Below are positions 1-11,299 of a stretch of DNA of 61,790 bases, in pieces. The stretch's first letter is position 1; the number at the start of each line of letters is the position of its first letter. The translations under genes were made by a program, and so were the position numbers. This DNA comes from Planctomycetota bacterium (GTDB lineage Bacteria > Planctomycetota > Planctomycetia > JALXBF01): NCBI GenBank assembly GCA_026991575.1, contig JALXBF010000087.1, positions 1 through 61,790 on the forward strand, in the 5' to 3' direction. A model generated the notes under the pieces. It was not told where the DNA came from. It ran no database searches and saw only the letters and a program-made list of their open reading frames with translations.

Positions 1-1
1 G

Positions 2-138
2 TGGGAGGCCGAGCTCGAGGAGATTGGGGCTGGCGTCGGCCGGCTGTCGTGGGACCAGTTCCGCCATTACTTCGAAGACACGCACATGGCGTCACGGTCG
101 CGCTCGTACTGCCGAACCATGCCCGCCCGCCGCAGCCC
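2..138 (+). other. Foreign fragment at the window edge, possibly the N-terminal part of a tyrosine integrase
   Basis: +2 frame reads WEAELEEIGAGVGRLSWDQFRHYFEDTHMASRSRSY, which resembles the W-E-A-E-L...T/S-W-x-x-F-R-x-x-Y/F segment I recall from planctomycete phage-type integrases. xylB homology ends at about 138. Confidence 0.3.
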
Positions 139-873
139 GCCCCCGCCACCGACCACCGGAACCCCCTCGGGCAGCCCCAGCTCCTGCGCAGCCTTCCTGG
201 TCAGCGTCCCGGTGACGTCCTCCGATTCGTAACACTTCGGCAGCAGCGAAGCGTCGAGCTGCAGCTTATCCAGAAGCGGCTGGCACCAGCGTCGGTTGAC
301 CACGTCGAGCAGCAGCGTGCCGGATGCGTCGCTGACCTCGGTAGCATACTCACCGGTCATCCGGTAGCGAATGTAGTCTTTCGGCAGCAGCACCTTGCGT
401 ACACGATCGAACAGTCGTGGCTGGTGCTTGCGCAGCCAGAGGATCTTCGGTGCGGTAAAGCCGGTATGGGCCGGGTTAGCGACCAGCTTGATCAGTTCAT
501 GGCGTCCGCCAACAGCCTCCTCGATCTCGACGCACTCCTCGGCCGTCCGCTGATCGTTCCAGAGGATGGCCCGACAGACAACCTTGCCCGTGCGGCTCAG
601 GAACACGGAGCCGTGCATCTGGCCGCTCAGCCCGATGCCCGCCACCGGACCGTACTTCTTCAGCGCGCCGGCGCGGCGGGCAGCATTGACCGCCGACCGC
701 ACGGCTTTTACGGTTGCCTGCCACCATTCCTCCGGTTCCTGCTCCGACCAGCCGGGCTTGGGATGGAGACTTGTGTGGGGGGCCGTGCCCGCTCCAACGA
801 TTTTGCCTTCTACGGTGCAGAGCAGCGCGCGGGTGCCTGACGTTCCGATGTCGATGCCAAGATACAACGCCAT
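67..873 (-). CDS. xylB: Xylulokinase, 3'-truncated (N-terminal FGGY domain only)
   Basis: LGIDIGTSG, GLSGQMHG, AILWNDQRT, GFTAPK and SDASGT motifs. Homology stops at GVPVVGGGG, just before the expected conserved Asp, and unrelated sequence follows. Confidence 0.85.
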   Translation of the reverse strand: MALYLGIDIGTSGTRALLCTVEGKIVGAGTAPHTSLHPKPGWSEQEPEEWWQATVKAVRSAVNAARRAGALKKYGPVAGIGLSGQMHGSVFLSRTGKVVCRAILWNDQRTAEECVEIEEAVGGRHELIKLVANPAHTGFTAPKILWLRKHQPRLFDRVRKVLLPKDYIRYRMTGEYATEVSDASGTLLLDVVNRRWCQPLLDKLQLDASLLPKCYESEDVTGTLTRKAAQELGLPEGVPVVGGGGGLRRAGMVRQYERDRDAMCVSSK

Positions 874-1320
874 GACTCGCCTCTGCTAAGCGGTCATCCG
901 GTCTGCTGAAGCGGAGACCTCACACCCCGCGGACCACCGCACGACGCGGCCACCGCTCGTCGCCCCCCGCCGGGCTACTTCTTTATCCTTATGCTCTCGC
1001 CGTGTGCGTTTCAAATCAGGTGCCCGGCCCAGTGCGCCTCGAAGCGCACTGGCGGTGCGTTGCCACGGCCAGCCACGGCGTAGACGGAGCGCGGTCTGGT
1101 CCCGACCGCGTGTCCTTTGCCAGTCTGCCGACAGTTTGGTAGAAGGGCCTCCCGGGGGAAGCGGTGACGAGCGGGCCTGACGGACGGCTGCTCGAGGATG
1201 GGGGGCTGCCATGAGCCCGCCTGGGCGACCGTGTGAGCGGGCCAGCGCACGGCTAACCGGGAGGCAGGACGGCGGGAGAAACAGGAGGGCACCGCTGAAT
1301 GCTGCTGGCCAGAGACGCAG

Positions 1321-3897
1321 CTATTCCTGCGAGTGGAGCTTCTCCCACAGTGCCTTCAGCTCACTGAAGCTGCGCAGCGGCTCCTTGCCAGTGAGTGCTT
1401 CCTCGGTAAGCTCGATCGGCTGTTGCGGCTTGCTTTTGCGCTGGCGGCGCGGCCGAGCGGTTGCCGCCTTCTGCTGTCGTTGTCGGGACCGTTCGGTTCG
1501 CGAACCCTCGTCTGCGCCACCGGTCACGGTGGCCTGGGCGGTGGCAGCGGCCACCGCGGTCGCCTCGACCGGCTCAGCCGGCTGCTGCTCTGCGGCGGCG
1601 GGGCGACGAGGCGGACGCCCCGGGCGCGATGAGCGGCCCGAGCCGGGTGCGGCGGCGGCTGCGCGGCGGGGTCTGCTACGGCCGGCATGCGGTCGCGCTG
1701 CCTGACGCCGCTGGAGCTCCTCCGGTGGCACCATGGACAACGACAGCCGACCGCGTTCCAGATCCACTTCCACGACCCAGACGCGCACCAGCTGGCCCGG
1801 GAAAACCAACTCACGCGCATCCTGCACGTACTCGGTCGTCATCCGGCTGACATGCACCAGCCCGGCCACCCGCACGCCGACATCGACAAACGCGCCGAAG
1901 TCCACCACGTTACGGACCACGCCGTCCAGTTCCATTCCCGGCGAGAGCGTCTCCAGCTTGATCGGCGTCCGGTGGAATACCGGAGCGGGCCGCTTCGCCC
2001 GCGGATCATCATGGGGCTGTTTCAGGTCACGGATCACGCTGCGAAGTACCGTCGTGCTGACCTGCAGCTCATCAGCAATGTGCTCCAGCCGCATGCGGCT
2101 CAGCAGATCGTCAATCCGCGTGGTGACAGCTGGACCAAGCGGTTCGCCTGGATCGACACCTGCCAGCTCCAGCAGTCGCTGGGCCGCGTCATACTGCTCT
2201 GGATGGATCGGCGTGGCATCCAGCGGGCTTTCACCGTCCGGGATCCTCAAGAAACCGGCGCACTCGATGAACCGCCGTTCATCCACGGCGTCGACCAGCA
2301 GCAGTTGGCGCCGGCTGCGGAACGCACCGTGTTTGTTCCGCCACTGCACGATCTGGCGTGCCACGCTGTCGTTCAGGCCAGGCACATAGCGAAGCAGCCA
2401 GCGCGACGCCTGATTGACGTTCACACCCACCTCACTGACGCACGACTGGACCACCTCTCTGAGGTAGTCGGCCACTTTCCAAAGCCTAAAGTCGTTCGGA
2501 TCCAACCCGTCGCACAGCTCACGGGGCACCATCTTGACGAGCTCACCGAGCGGATCGATGACCCGCCGACCGATCGAAACGGCGCTGCGAAAGACGGGCT
2601 CTTTGTCCGGGAATTCTTCTCGACCGATGGGGCCCTCGGCATAACTGTCCGCGCCCGCTTCGCTGACGACCGTGTACTTTAGCCCCGGAGCGCCGCCGGC
2701 GATGATCTCAGCAATCAGCTCCTGTGTCTCCGCGCTGCCTGTACCGTCGCCGATGACCGCCAGCGTCAGCTGGTGCTCCTTGATGAACTCGATAAGCTTT
2801 GCCTTTGCCTCGTCGCGCTGGTTCAGCGGCTCATGCGGGTAGACAAGCAGGAAGTCCATCGGATTGCCTTTCTCGTCCAGCGCGACGCACTTGCAGCCGG
2901 TGCGGTAGCCAGGATCAATCGCCAGGATCCGCTCGCCCTGGACACCGCGACGCAGCAAGATCTCTCGAAGCTGTCGGCCGACCAGACACAGCGCGTGCTC
3001 CTCGGCCCGATCGGTCAGCTCCTGCCTGACCTGCTTCGCAACGGCAGGGAGGATCCAGTCCTTGATCGCACCAGCAAACCACTGCCGCAACCTCTCCGCG
3101 TGCCGATGCTCGGCAGGCAGCCCGACAGCGTTCCACACTGCGGGTACCGCCGCGTCGACGTCGATAGTCAGTTGGACGCGTAGCGCCTTCTTGCGCTCAC
3201 CCCGATTGATCTGGAACACGTCATACGGGGCAGCTTCTGCAACGCGCACCGCGTACTGTCGGTACTCGCTGTAGACGCGGGCAAGGCCACTGCGCTGGGT
3301 GCAGAGCCGGCTGCGTAGTTCGCCGCGCTCCCAGACGTAGCGCCGCACGGCAGCGCGGGCATCGGCGTTGCGGGCGACGCGGTGGCCGATCAGCTGGCCC
3401 ACAGCGGCCAGCACGGCCTCAACGCTCTCCAGCTCCGCGTCGGGCTTGACGTATTTTTGCGCCGCCTGCTCCAGGTCAGCTGCCTCCTCGGCGTCGTTCC
3501 AGATAGCGTCGGCTAGTTCTCCGAGGCCGGCAGCAAGCAACCGTTCGATGCGTGGGTCGCGGCGCGTCCGGTACGGCAGGTACAAATCCAGAACGTAATG
3601 CGGGTCGTCGGCTGCAAGGATCCGCTCCCGCAGCTCCTCGCTCAGCACACCCCGCGCCTCTAACGACTTCAGCACCGTTGCCTTCGTCTTCGCCAGGGCA
3701 CGGGCCTTCTCGGCCGCTCGCCGCAGTCGCCGGATTTGCTCTTCGTCCAGCCCGCCAGTTTGCTCGCGGCGGTAGCGCGCAATGAACGGCACAGCGTAGC
3801 CTTCATCCAACAGCGCCAGCGTACGCTGCACCTGTTCGATGCCCAGACCTAACCCTCGGGAAATACGCTCTACGTCGCCACTGGCAAGCGGTTGCAT
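1321..3897 (-). CDS. tex: Tex-family RNA-binding transcription accessory protein
   Basis: VPFIARYRRE, ILAIDPGYRTGCK (YqgF-like), HhH region, S1 domain GVVRNVVDFGAFVDVG, low-complexity C-terminal tail. Confidence 0.92.
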   Translation of the reverse strand: MQPLASGDVERISRGLGLGIEQVQRTLALLDEGYAVPFIARYRREQTGGLDEEQIRRLRRAAEKARALAKTKATVLKSLEARGVLSEELRERILAADDPHYVLDLYLPYRTRRDPRIERLLAAGLGELADAIWNDAEEAADLEQAAQKYVKPDAELESVEAVLAAVGQLIGHRVARNADARAAVRRYVWERGELRSRLCTQRSGLARVYSEYRQYAVRVAEAAPYDVFQINRGERKKALRVQLTIDVDAAVPAVWNAVGLPAEHRHAERLRQWFAGAIKDWILPAVAKQVRQELTDRAEEHALCLVGRQLREILLRRGVQGERILAIDPGYRTGCKCVALDEKGNPMDFLLVYPHEPLNQRDEAKAKLIEFIKEHQLTLAVIGDGTGSAETQELIAEIIAGGAPGLKYTVVSEAGADSYAEGPIGREEFPDKEPVFRSAVSIGRRVIDPLGELVKMVPRELCDGLDPNDFRLWKVADYLREVVQSCVSEVGVNVNQASRWLLRYVPGLNDSVARQIVQWRNKHGAFRSRRQLLLVDAVDERRFIECAGFLRIPDGESPLDATPIHPEQYDAAQRLLELAGVDPGEPLGPAVTTRIDDLLSRMRLEHIADELQVSTTVLRSVIRDLKQPHDDPRAKRPAPVFHRTPIKLETLSPGMELDGVVRNVVDFGAFVDVGVRVAGLVHVSRMTTEYVQDARELVFPGQLVRVWVVEVDLERGRLSLSMVPPEELQRRQAARPHAGRSRPRRAAAAAPGSGRSSRPGRPPRRPAAAEQQPAEPVEATAVAAATAQATVTGGADEGSRTERSRQRQQKAATARPRRQRKSKPQQPIELTEEALTGKEPLRSFSELKALWEKLHSQE

Positions 3898-3981
3898 CGA
3901 AGAACTGTACCTCGATCGTCGATGGCTGGAATAACCCCACTTGGACTCGGGCAGCCTCGCAGCAAAAAGGCGGGTAGGGGT

Positions 3982-4011
3982 AATTTAGCGCTGCGACCGA
4001 CCAATTGTCAA
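3982..4011 (-). promoter_or_regulatory. Sigma-70-type promoter for tex
   Basis: Minus strand TTGACA-18 nt-TAAATT about 85 bp upstream of the tex ATG. Confidence 0.6.
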
Positions 4012-4109
4012 GCGCAGCCGCAGCGCGCCCCCGGGAGCAGATGCCCACTGCTGGGCGGCCAAGCCGCCGTCGGGCCCGGGTTTTCCGCGCGACCAGATCC
4101 GCTGGCAGA

Positions 4110-5216
4110 TCACATCAACGCGGCCAGCGCACCACAAATGGTATCGACCATCGCACGCCGCGCATTGTAGCCCATCAGGCCGATCCGCCAGAGCTTGTCC
4201 TTCAGCTCACCAAGACCAGCGCCGACTTCGATGTTGAACTGCTCCAAGAGCGCCCGCCGCACCGCTCCGGCATCCACGCCTTCAGGCGGCAACACTGCAG
4301 TGAGCATCGGCAGCCGATAGCCCTCGGCCGCAAACAACCTGCAGCCCATCTCCTGAAGCCGCTGTTGCAGCAACTGGCCAACCTCGCGGTGCCGCTGCCA
4401 GCGAGCCTCGAGCCCTTCGGCGAAAATCAGCTCCAGCGCAGCCTGCAGGCCGTAATACAGCGTCGAACACGCGGTGTGGTGGTAGATCCGCTTCTCACCC
4501 CAATAGTCCAACAGCACGTCGATTCCCAGATAGAAACTGGACGGCGGACTCTTGCGCCGCCGTACCACATCGAGCGCCTTGGCACTGAACGTCACCGGCG
4601 CCAGGCCAGAGACCATGCCGATGCACTTCTGACTGCAGCTATACGCCAGGTCAATGTGCCAGCCGTCCACCTCCACCGGCGCACCACCCAACGACGTGAC
4701 ACAATCGACCATGAACAACGCCTCAGTGCCGGAGACCGCTTCCCCGATCTCCTCCAGCGGCTGCAGCACGCCGGTCGATGTCTCAGCGTGCACCACCGCC
4801 ACCACCCTGGCATCCGGATGAGCCTTAAGCGCATCGATCATCTTGCCTGGGTCCAGCGGCTGACCCGGCTCGTACGCGACCTCAACAACCTCCGCGCCCA
4901 GCCGCGCGGCCACCTGGCAAATACGGCGACCGAAGTAGCCACCAACACCAACCAGCACCTTGCTGCCCGGCTCAACAACGTTAACCAGGCAGGTCTCCAT
5001 GCCGGAGCTGCCCGTTCCGGAGATCGCCAGCGTAGCGTCGCTACTGGTGCGGAACAGGCGCTTCAGGCCAGCCCGGATCGAATCCAGCGTGGCCAGGAAC
5101 TCTGGATCCAGATGTCCCTGGACCGGGGTCGCCAACGCCTGCAGCACCCTGGGGTCGACATTCGCTGGGCCGGGACCGAGCAGCAAGCGTGGGGTTGCCG
5201 TGACGACTTGAGCCAT
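4110..5216 (-). CDS. Class V PLP aminotransferase (alanine-glyoxylate/serine-pyruvate type)
   Basis: LLLGPGP, SGTGSSGME, VHAETSTGV, DCVTSLGG, SCSQKC (PLP Lys), WRIGLMG; AGGAG RBS before ATG 5216. Confidence 0.9.
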   Translation of the reverse strand: MAQVVTATPRLLLGPGPANVDPRVLQALATPVQGHLDPEFLATLDSIRAGLKRLFRTSSDATLAISGTGSSGMETCLVNVVEPGSKVLVGVGGYFGRRICQVAARLGAEVVEVAYEPGQPLDPGKMIDALKAHPDARVVAVVHAETSTGVLQPLEEIGEAVSGTEALFMVDCVTSLGGAPVEVDGWHIDLAYSCSQKCIGMVSGLAPVTFSAKALDVVRRRKSPPSSFYLGIDVLLDYWGEKRIYHHTACSTLYYGLQAALELIFAEGLEARWQRHREVGQLLQQRLQEMGCRLFAAEGYRLPMLTAVLPPEGVDAGAVRRALLEQFNIEVGAGLGELKDKLWRIGLMGYNARRAMVDTICGALAALM

Positions 5217-5829
5217 CGGTTCATCTCCTGCCGTTTTCGCATACGCCAACAGAGCAATGGTAAGCGCTGCGGGAAGGAGTTTCGAGGGGCAGCAGCAACG
5301 CGTGCAGCTCGATGCGACGCCAACCGGTCAAACGTCGCCGGCTCAGCCGAGCTTGCTTCCGCTTGCCCGCACCGGCGACCAGACGTACGCAGTGGCCCCT
5401 CTGCGGCCTCGCCTGGCAGAAACGGCTGCTTACGCGCGACGGCGCGGGACAACTCGGAGATCGAGGCCGCTTCGACACCGTCCGCGCTCAGGGAACGGTC
5501 CAGGGCCGTGGTCACTCGGGGAAGACATCGCTCGATCGTCGACGCGTGGCCAAAGTGCGACCGTAGCCACCTCCGTGTCGAATGACCGCTCGACACGGTC
5601 GGTGCGAGTGCCCGCTTAAGGGGCGACGCGCTGTCTCCTGACCGCGCTGCGCCGTTAAGGTCGAGGTCGCGGGTACCGGCCAGCCTCCGGCCGGCCGGAG
5701 CGACTCGCCGTGCCGCGGGCCCGGTCCCAGCGCATCCGGCTGGTGCCGGTTCGCCACAGACTGTTCCCGTCGTCGTGCCGTGGCACGGTCCGCCGGTTGC
5801 GCACCAGGCGCGCGGCAGGCCTGGGGCAG

Positions 5830-6690
5830 CTAGGCGATCTGGACTAGATGCGACTGGAGGACGTCCATCGTGGCTTTCGAGCCCAGCGGAATCAGGCACC
5901 CGTAGGCGGGTTGTCCGGAAGCATCAACAACCAATCGAAACCCATCGATAACCGCATAGCCTTCCGGACAGGCAATGTGCCCGGTCACAGCCAGGTGACA
6001 TCCCAATCTTTCTAAGAATCGCTCTCCCCAGGCGCGACTGGTGCGCCGCCCCCACAGCATCCGATACAGGGGAGATCCGTACACGAGCAGATCTTCGCTG
6101 AGCTGGTCGCGGTCGAAAACGGCATACTCGAAGCCATCGCGGATGACGGCGTCGGCCGGCAGGCTGTGGCAGACGAAGACGCCATTCTCCGTGCGCAGCG
6201 CGACCGGCAAGGCAGCAAACAGCAGGCGGTAGGCCCGGTGGATCTCATCGGCTCGGCTGCCGTAGGCATGCTCCAGCCCGGCGCGGAACGCGACGTCCTG
6301 AGATTCGCCGTTTTTCAGGATCCGCGTCTGACGCAGCTCGGCAACCTCATGATTGCCGGGAATGTAGTGGACCCTTTCCGGATACTGGCACTTCAGCGCA
6401 GCGATCAGGTCAACGAGCTGGTGTGAGATGCAACCGTCGTTGGGGTAGCGGAACGGCCCGTGGACGACTTCCTGGAAAACGACATGTCGTTGGCGGTGGG
6501 CGGTGAGATCGGCAAGGCGAAGGACGGTCCGGAAGTTGCGGACGTTTCCGTGCAGATCACCTACCACGAAAAGCTCGGTGGCACCGGCCGCAACGGAAAG
6601 GTCTACGATCAGGCCGTTGCGGCCCGGTTGCTGCCGGAAGTAGTCGGCTGCTTTCAGCACGGTGCGGAGGATCAGGTCGGGGTCTGCCAT
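5830..6690 (-). CDS. Calcineurin-like metallophosphoesterase
   Basis: GDLHG, GNHE, CHS and TGH metal-binding motifs. Confidence 0.8.
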   Translation of the reverse strand: MADPDLILRTVLKAADYFRQQPGRNGLIVDLSVAAGATELFVVGDLHGNVRNFRTVLRLADLTAHRQRHVVFQEVVHGPFRYPNDGCISHQLVDLIAALKCQYPERVHYIPGNHEVAELRQTRILKNGESQDVAFRAGLEHAYGSRADEIHRAYRLLFAALPVALRTENGVFVCHSLPADAVIRDGFEYAVFDRDQLSEDLLVYGSPLYRMLWGRRTSRAWGERFLERLGCHLAVTGHIACPEGYAVIDGFRLVVDASGQPAYGCLIPLGSKATMDVLQSHLVQIA

Positions 6691-6936
6691 CGGGGCTGCT
6701 GCCGTCTGCTGGGCTCACCGCGACGCGGCCGGCGGTGCGCGGCGCGATCGGGGCCGTCAGTGCCGGTGCTGACTGAGCCGGAGGCGGCAACGGGCACTGC
6801 GGCGGCTGCTGGCCGCGCATCGAAGAGCGGCGGAGCCTCAACCAGATGGTGGCACCAACGGTCGAGGCAGCTAGTTTCGGGCCGGTCCGCAGTTTGCCCG
6901 GTTCGCGGTCGGGAGCAAGCCCGATGCGGCTCGCGT

Positions 6937-7374
6937 CTACGGAACGGTGTGCTCGGCAGGTGCCGCAGGCGCGGTTCCGGTGAGCTTCTGGTCGATTCTG
7001 TCCAAAATCACAATCGAGCGGGCCTTGTCGCCGAACAGCCCAACGCGTACTTTGACGACCGTGGCCATCGGCCTTGCCTCCAGGCGAATGACGACCTTCT
7101 TTCCGTCGGCCGTGCGGCTCTCGAGCCTTCCTCCCAGATCATCTACCGACTGGCTGATGACCGGCATGCCAAGCTCGCGGACCGATTCGACCACGGCGGG
7201 CCAGCATTGACCGACCGAGACCGGGTAGCTTTTCTCGAGCTCGCCGTTCATGTAAGCATAGCCCGCGGCCCCGGCAGCACCCGCGCCGACGACCATCAGC
7301 GCCGTGCAGCCTGTGCCGGCCAGGCACACGGTGAGGAGTGCAAGCATTCGCAGCCAAGGACGGTGTGGCAACAT
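6937..7374 (-). CDS. DUF3568-like lipoprotein
   Basis: Lipobox-like GTGC, Gly/Ala-rich segment, Y-x-x-G-E-L, VRVGLFGD; start placed at ATG 7374. Confidence 0.7.
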   Translation of the reverse strand: MLPHRPWLRMLALLTVCLAGTGCTALMVVGAGAAGAAGYAYMNGELEKSYPVSVGQCWPAVVESVRELGMPVISQSVDDLGGRLESRTADGKKVVIRLEARPMATVVKVRVGLFGDKARSIVILDRIDQKLTGTAPAAPAEHTVP

Positions 7375-7441
7375 CGGGCTCTCCGTGAATAGTGCCTCGC
7401 AGGATGAGAGCGCGGTTTGCGGGCCGCAACGGCCGCCGCGC

Positions 7442-8173
7442 TCAGAACAGCCACCGCCGCCAGCCTCGCCGGCGCGTCTCCGTGAAGCTGGCCTGTTCAA
7501 TCGCGCTTTGCCACTGGTCCATATCAAAGCCGTGGTCCTCGCCCACCAGATTGGCGAGTGCCTCGCGGGCACGGTATCGGATCGCCACGTCCGGGTCGGC
7601 CAGGTGGGCGTATAGGGCCTGGGCCGCACGCCGCGAGGGGATCTTGCCGAGCGATCGAGCTGCTGCCAGACGGACGTCTATGCTGGCGTCGTTCTGCAGC
7701 CGGTCGATGAGCACTTCGAGGACGCGCTCATCGTGCCAGCGCGCAAGCTGCTCGCATGCGGCCTGTCGGACCAGCGGGTCTGGGTCGTCGGCGGCGCGGA
7801 GCAGCGGGTCGAGCACGCGCGGGTCGTCCAGGGCACCGAGCAGCATCACGACATTGGCTCGCTCGATGGCCTCCGGCTCGCGCAGGCCCGTGTCCGCGAC
7901 GCTCTGCAGCACGTCATCCGGAATCCGCTTTTCGGGGAAATGGTCCGGATCGAGCAGGAAGCGGTAGGCCGAGAGGCGTTCGGCAGGATCGACACTGTCG
8001 CGCAGCGTGGCCAACGCGTCGGCGACGCTGTCCACACGCGGCGGCCGCGCCACCAGCGCCCGAATGCTCGTGCAGCCGCAGAGGACAAGCCAGCAGAGCA
8101 ACCACAGCAGCGTGACTGCCCGACCGGCCCGCCAAACTTGCCCGTCCGTGCCGACGTAACTCACAGCAGGCAC
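7442..8173 (-). CDS. HEAT-repeat (PBS lyase-like) lipoprotein; start uncertain
   Basis: LCGC lipobox; repeated D-P-D-x-x-V-R-x-x-A-x-x-x-L units. Confidence 0.75.
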   Translation of the reverse strand: MPAVSYVGTDGQVWRAGRAVTLLWLLCWLVLCGCTSIRALVARPPRVDSVADALATLRDSVDPAERLSAYRFLLDPDHFPEKRIPDDVLQSVADTGLREPEAIERANVVMLLGALDDPRVLDPLLRAADDPDPLVRQAACEQLARWHDERVLEVLIDRLQNDASIDVRLAAARSLGKIPSRRAAQALYAHLADPDVAIRYRAREALANLVGEDHGFDMDQWQSAIEQASFTETRRRGWRRWLF

Positions 8174-8273
8174 CTTGTGCGCCTCGACCGTCCATGAATC
8201 CCACCACGGGTGGCCTTCGCCGCGGCGTCACCGTAGCAAAACACCAATCGCGTGCCAAGACAGGCCAGTGCCG

Positions 8274-9176
8274 ATGGACACAGCAGAAGACTCCGCCCGG
8301 AAAGAACTCCTGGAACAGACCGGTCCGGAGCAGTCCGAGCCCACTGGGCCCACGTTGCTGGAACAGATCATCAGCGGGCCCAGGAGCCTGCCACCCCGCA
8401 AGTGCAAGGTGCTCGTGGTGATGCCCGCCTACAACGCGGAAAAGACGTTGGAAGCGACCCTGCGCGAGATCCCGCCCGGCAGCGTCGACGACATTCTCCT
8501 CGTCGATGACGCGTCGCGCGACGGGACAGTCCAGAAAGCACGGCAACTTGGTCTCAGGGTGATCGTCCATCCCGAGAACCGTGGCTACGGTGGCAACCAG
8601 AAGACCTGCTACCAAGAAGCACTCAACAGCGACGCAGACATCATCGTCATGGTCCACCCGGACCATCAGTACGATGCTCGCGTCCTGCCACACCTAGTCG
8701 CGTTCATCGAACTGGGCATCTGCGACGTGATGCTTGGTTCCCGCATCCGTACGCGAAAGGAAGCGCTTGAGGGCGGCATGCCGCTGTACAAGTACCTCGC
8801 CAACCGGCTGCTGACCGTGTTCGAGAACGTGCTGCTCGGGCAGAACCTTGGCGATGCCCATACCGGACTGCGCGCCTACCGGCGTGAGGTGCTGGAGACG
8901 ATCCCGTTCGAAAACAACTCGGACGATTTCGTCTTCGACAGCCAGTTCCTCGTGCAGTGCGTTCACTTCGGTTTCAAGGTGGGTGACGTCCCGGTGCCGG
9001 CCCGTTACTTTGCCGAGGCGTCCAGCATCAACTTCTGGCGTAGCGTCAAATACGGGCTCGGCACCATCTGGGTGGTGTTCCAGTACTGGCTGAATTACCT
9101 GGGCATCTGGCGGTTTCCCCACCTGTTCCAACGCCGGCAGCCGGCAGGGCGTGACAGCTCGGACTCTGGCTCATGA
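8274..9176 (+). CDS. GT2 glycosyltransferase (DPM synthase-like)
   Basis: [37 protein letters not shown]. Confidence 0.9.
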   Translation: MDTAEDSARKELLEQTGPEQSEPTGPTLLEQIISGPRSLPPRKCKVLVVMPAYNAEKTLEATLREIPPGSVDDILLVDDASRDGTVQKARQLGLRVIVHPENRGYGGNQKTCYQEALNSDADIIVMVHPDHQYDARVLPHLVAFIELGICDVMLGSRIRTRKEALEGGMPLYKYLANRLLTVFENVLLGQNLGDAHTGLRAYRREVLETIPFENNSDDFVFDSQFLVQCVHFGFKVGDVPVPARYFAEASSINFWRSVKYGLGTIWVVFQYWLNYLGIWRFPHLFQRRQPAGRDSSDSGS

Positions 9177-11200
9177 GCCGCCAGCCCATCCAGTCACAGT
9201 TTGCCTGGGCCGTGCTCCAGCTCTTGCTTGCCGGGCTCCTGGGTTGTCTCTGGGCATTCCACTGGGACTTGCTTCTGCACGACCCGGTGCTTGGTGAGGC
9301 AGGCCTGTTATCGGAGCTACTCAGAGGGCGGCTGGCTGCTCGGCTCTCGTTCAGCCGCCTGGTGCTGCCCGGTGTTTTTGGCGCACCGGCCCTGTGGGCG
9401 CTGACCGCGGTGGCAGCCAGGCTGAGCGGTCTGGCCGACTCGTTTTGGAGCGCCCTGCGAATCGGCACCCGCGCCGTGCTCCCGCTGGTCGCCTACGCAA
9501 CGTTCGATTCCCTCTGGCTCTTCAGCCGGTTGGCCGGGACAGTCGGGCTGCAGGCCGGCCTGCTGCTTGTGCTACCGACCCTGCACCAGCTCGTGCCCGC
9601 AGCCATCCTCGCCACGCTCTTGTGGGCGGCGGCCGCCCGTTGGCTGCGTGCAGCCCGCGGCCGCTCGGCGCTGGCTCTCGTGGCGATAGCCTCTCTGGCG
9701 TACGGCATCACGTTCGCGACGCTGAGCGTGCTTCAGTACCAGGCCCTGATGGTGCCCCACGGGGACACGGCGATGTACGAGGAGCACCTGTGGAATCTGC
9801 TGAACGGCAAGGGGTTTCGCAGCCAATTGGATGGCGGTCGCCTGTTTCTGGGTGAGCACATCGAATTCATCCACGTGTTCCTCATTCCGGTCTACGTGCT
9901 TAAGCCCAGCTTACCCACATTGAACGTGGTCTATTCGTTCGCGCTGGCGGCGGGGGGTCTAGCCACCTACGCGCTGGCGCGTTCCGTGGGCCTGGCTGCT
10001 GCTCCCGCGGCGCTGCTGGCGGTTGCCTACCTGCTGTATCCCCCCCTGCAGTACTTGAACCTGGAAGCTTCGCTGAAGACGTTTCGTCCCGAGAACCTGG
10101 CGGTACCGCTCGTCCTGGCCGCCCTCTGGGCAGTGGAAACGCGGCGAGCCGGTTGGTTCATCGCACTGCTGGCTCTGGCACTGACCGCCAAAGAAGACTA
10201 CGCCATCCTGTATACGGGAATCGGTCTGTTCCTACTGGCAGCACCGGGGTCGCCCCGCAAGTGGCGGCTGTTGGGGGGCGCGGTCGCCGTGGCAAGCGTG
10301 GCATATCTCTGGTTCGTCCTGAAGGTGGCCATTCCCTGGTTCCGCGGCGGCCCCCCTCACTACCTGGCCTACTACCCGTCACTGGGGCAGACACCCGGCG
10401 AAGTGGTAGCAACGATGGTAGATCGGCCGTGGACCGTGGTCAGGCTGCTGCTGGATCCGGCCAATGCTGCGCTGTTGCTCGGGCTGCTTGCTCCCCTGGG
10501 CTTCGCGCCGCTGCTAGCTCCCGCGACGCTGGCAGCCGCTCTGCCCTCTGCAGCTCCCCTTCTGCTGGGCGAATTGCCCGGCCTGAAGCAGCCGATCTTC
10601 CATTTCCACGCGCCTTTAGTTCCCGTGCTTTTCTGGGCAGCCGCCCGGGGGCTAAAGGGCCTTAGCCGCGCCGTTCAGCCCTCAGGGCGGCCCTGCTGGT
10701 GGCCGTGCTTCGTGGCGTGCGCCGCGTTGGCCTCCGGCTTCTGGCAGGGCAAGTCACCGCTATCGCTGGCCTTTTACGACCCGGGATCTGACCTGGGCGG
10801 CTACTGGCGCAGGCTCTACGTGCCCGGTGAGCGGGTCCGCCGCTTCGAGCAACTCTACCGGCTTGTACCGCGGACGGCGTCGGTGGCCGCGACCGACTAC
10901 GTGCGGCCGCGATTTACGCATCACCGTGCCTGCCACGAAATCGGCAGCAACGGACTCAAGCCCCACGTGCGACCCGAGGAGGTGGATTACCTGGTGATCG
11001 ACCTGCGCGGTCCATACTCCGACCCGGTCGCCGGCCTCCGCGTGCCGCTGAACGTGCGTCATCCACGCGGTTGGGAGACCGTATACCGGGACGAGTTCTT
11101 TCTGGTGACCCGAGCACGGTCGGCGGAACCCGCACCGGAACCCTCTCGGCCAACGCATGGTGCGATTGACAGCCCCGCCGGCCAGGACCAGAATCAATAG
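9173..11200 (+). CDS. DUF2079-like polytopic membrane protein (putative GT-C glycosyltransferase)
   Basis: Many TM helices, D-x-A-x-Y...LW, LGEH, FRPE, KED motifs; 4-bp overlap with the GT2 gene. Confidence 0.7.
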   Translation: MSRQPIQSQFAWAVLQLLLAGLLGCLWAFHWDLLLHDPVLGEAGLLSELLRGRLAARLSFSRLVLPGVFGAPALWALTAVAARLSGLADSFWSALRIGTRAVLPLVAYATFDSLWLFSRLAGTVGLQAGLLLVLPTLHQLVPAAILATLLWAAAARWLRAARGRSALALVAIASLAYGITFATLSVLQYQALMVPHGDTAMYEEHLWNLLNGKGFRSQLDGGRLFLGEHIEFIHVFLIPVYVLKPSLPTLNVVYSFALAAGGLATYALARSVGLAAAPAALLAVAYLLYPPLQYLNLEASLKTFRPENLAVPLVLAALWAVETRRAGWFIALLALALTAKEDYAILYTGIGLFLLAAPGSPRKWRLLGGAVAVASVAYLWFVLKVAIPWFRGGPPHYLAYYPSLGQTPGEVVATMVDRPWTVVRLLLDPANAALLLGLLAPLGFAPLLAPATLAAALPSAAPLLLGELPGLKQPIFHFHAPLVPVLFWAAARGLKGLSRAVQPSGRPCWWPCFVACAALASGFWQGKSPLSLAFYDPGSDLGGYWRRLYVPGERVRRFEQLYRLVPRTASVAATDYVRPRFTHHRACHEIGSNGLKPHVRPEEVDYLVIDLRGPYSDPVAGLRVPLNVRHPRGWETVYRDEFFLVTRARSAEPAPEPSRPTHGAIDSPAGQDQNQ

Positions 11201-11299
11201 GGGGACGGGGTTGCGGGCGACACATTTGGCAGAGCTGGAGGAGCCTCCCGCCCAAATCGCAGACACGCGTGTCAGGTTAGGTTTTGGCTGGAGAGTTGT

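Noticed and set aside
5781..5800. TGGCACG...TTGC as a sigma-54 promoter
   Set aside because: The spacing is too long for -24/-12 and no plus-strand gene follows.
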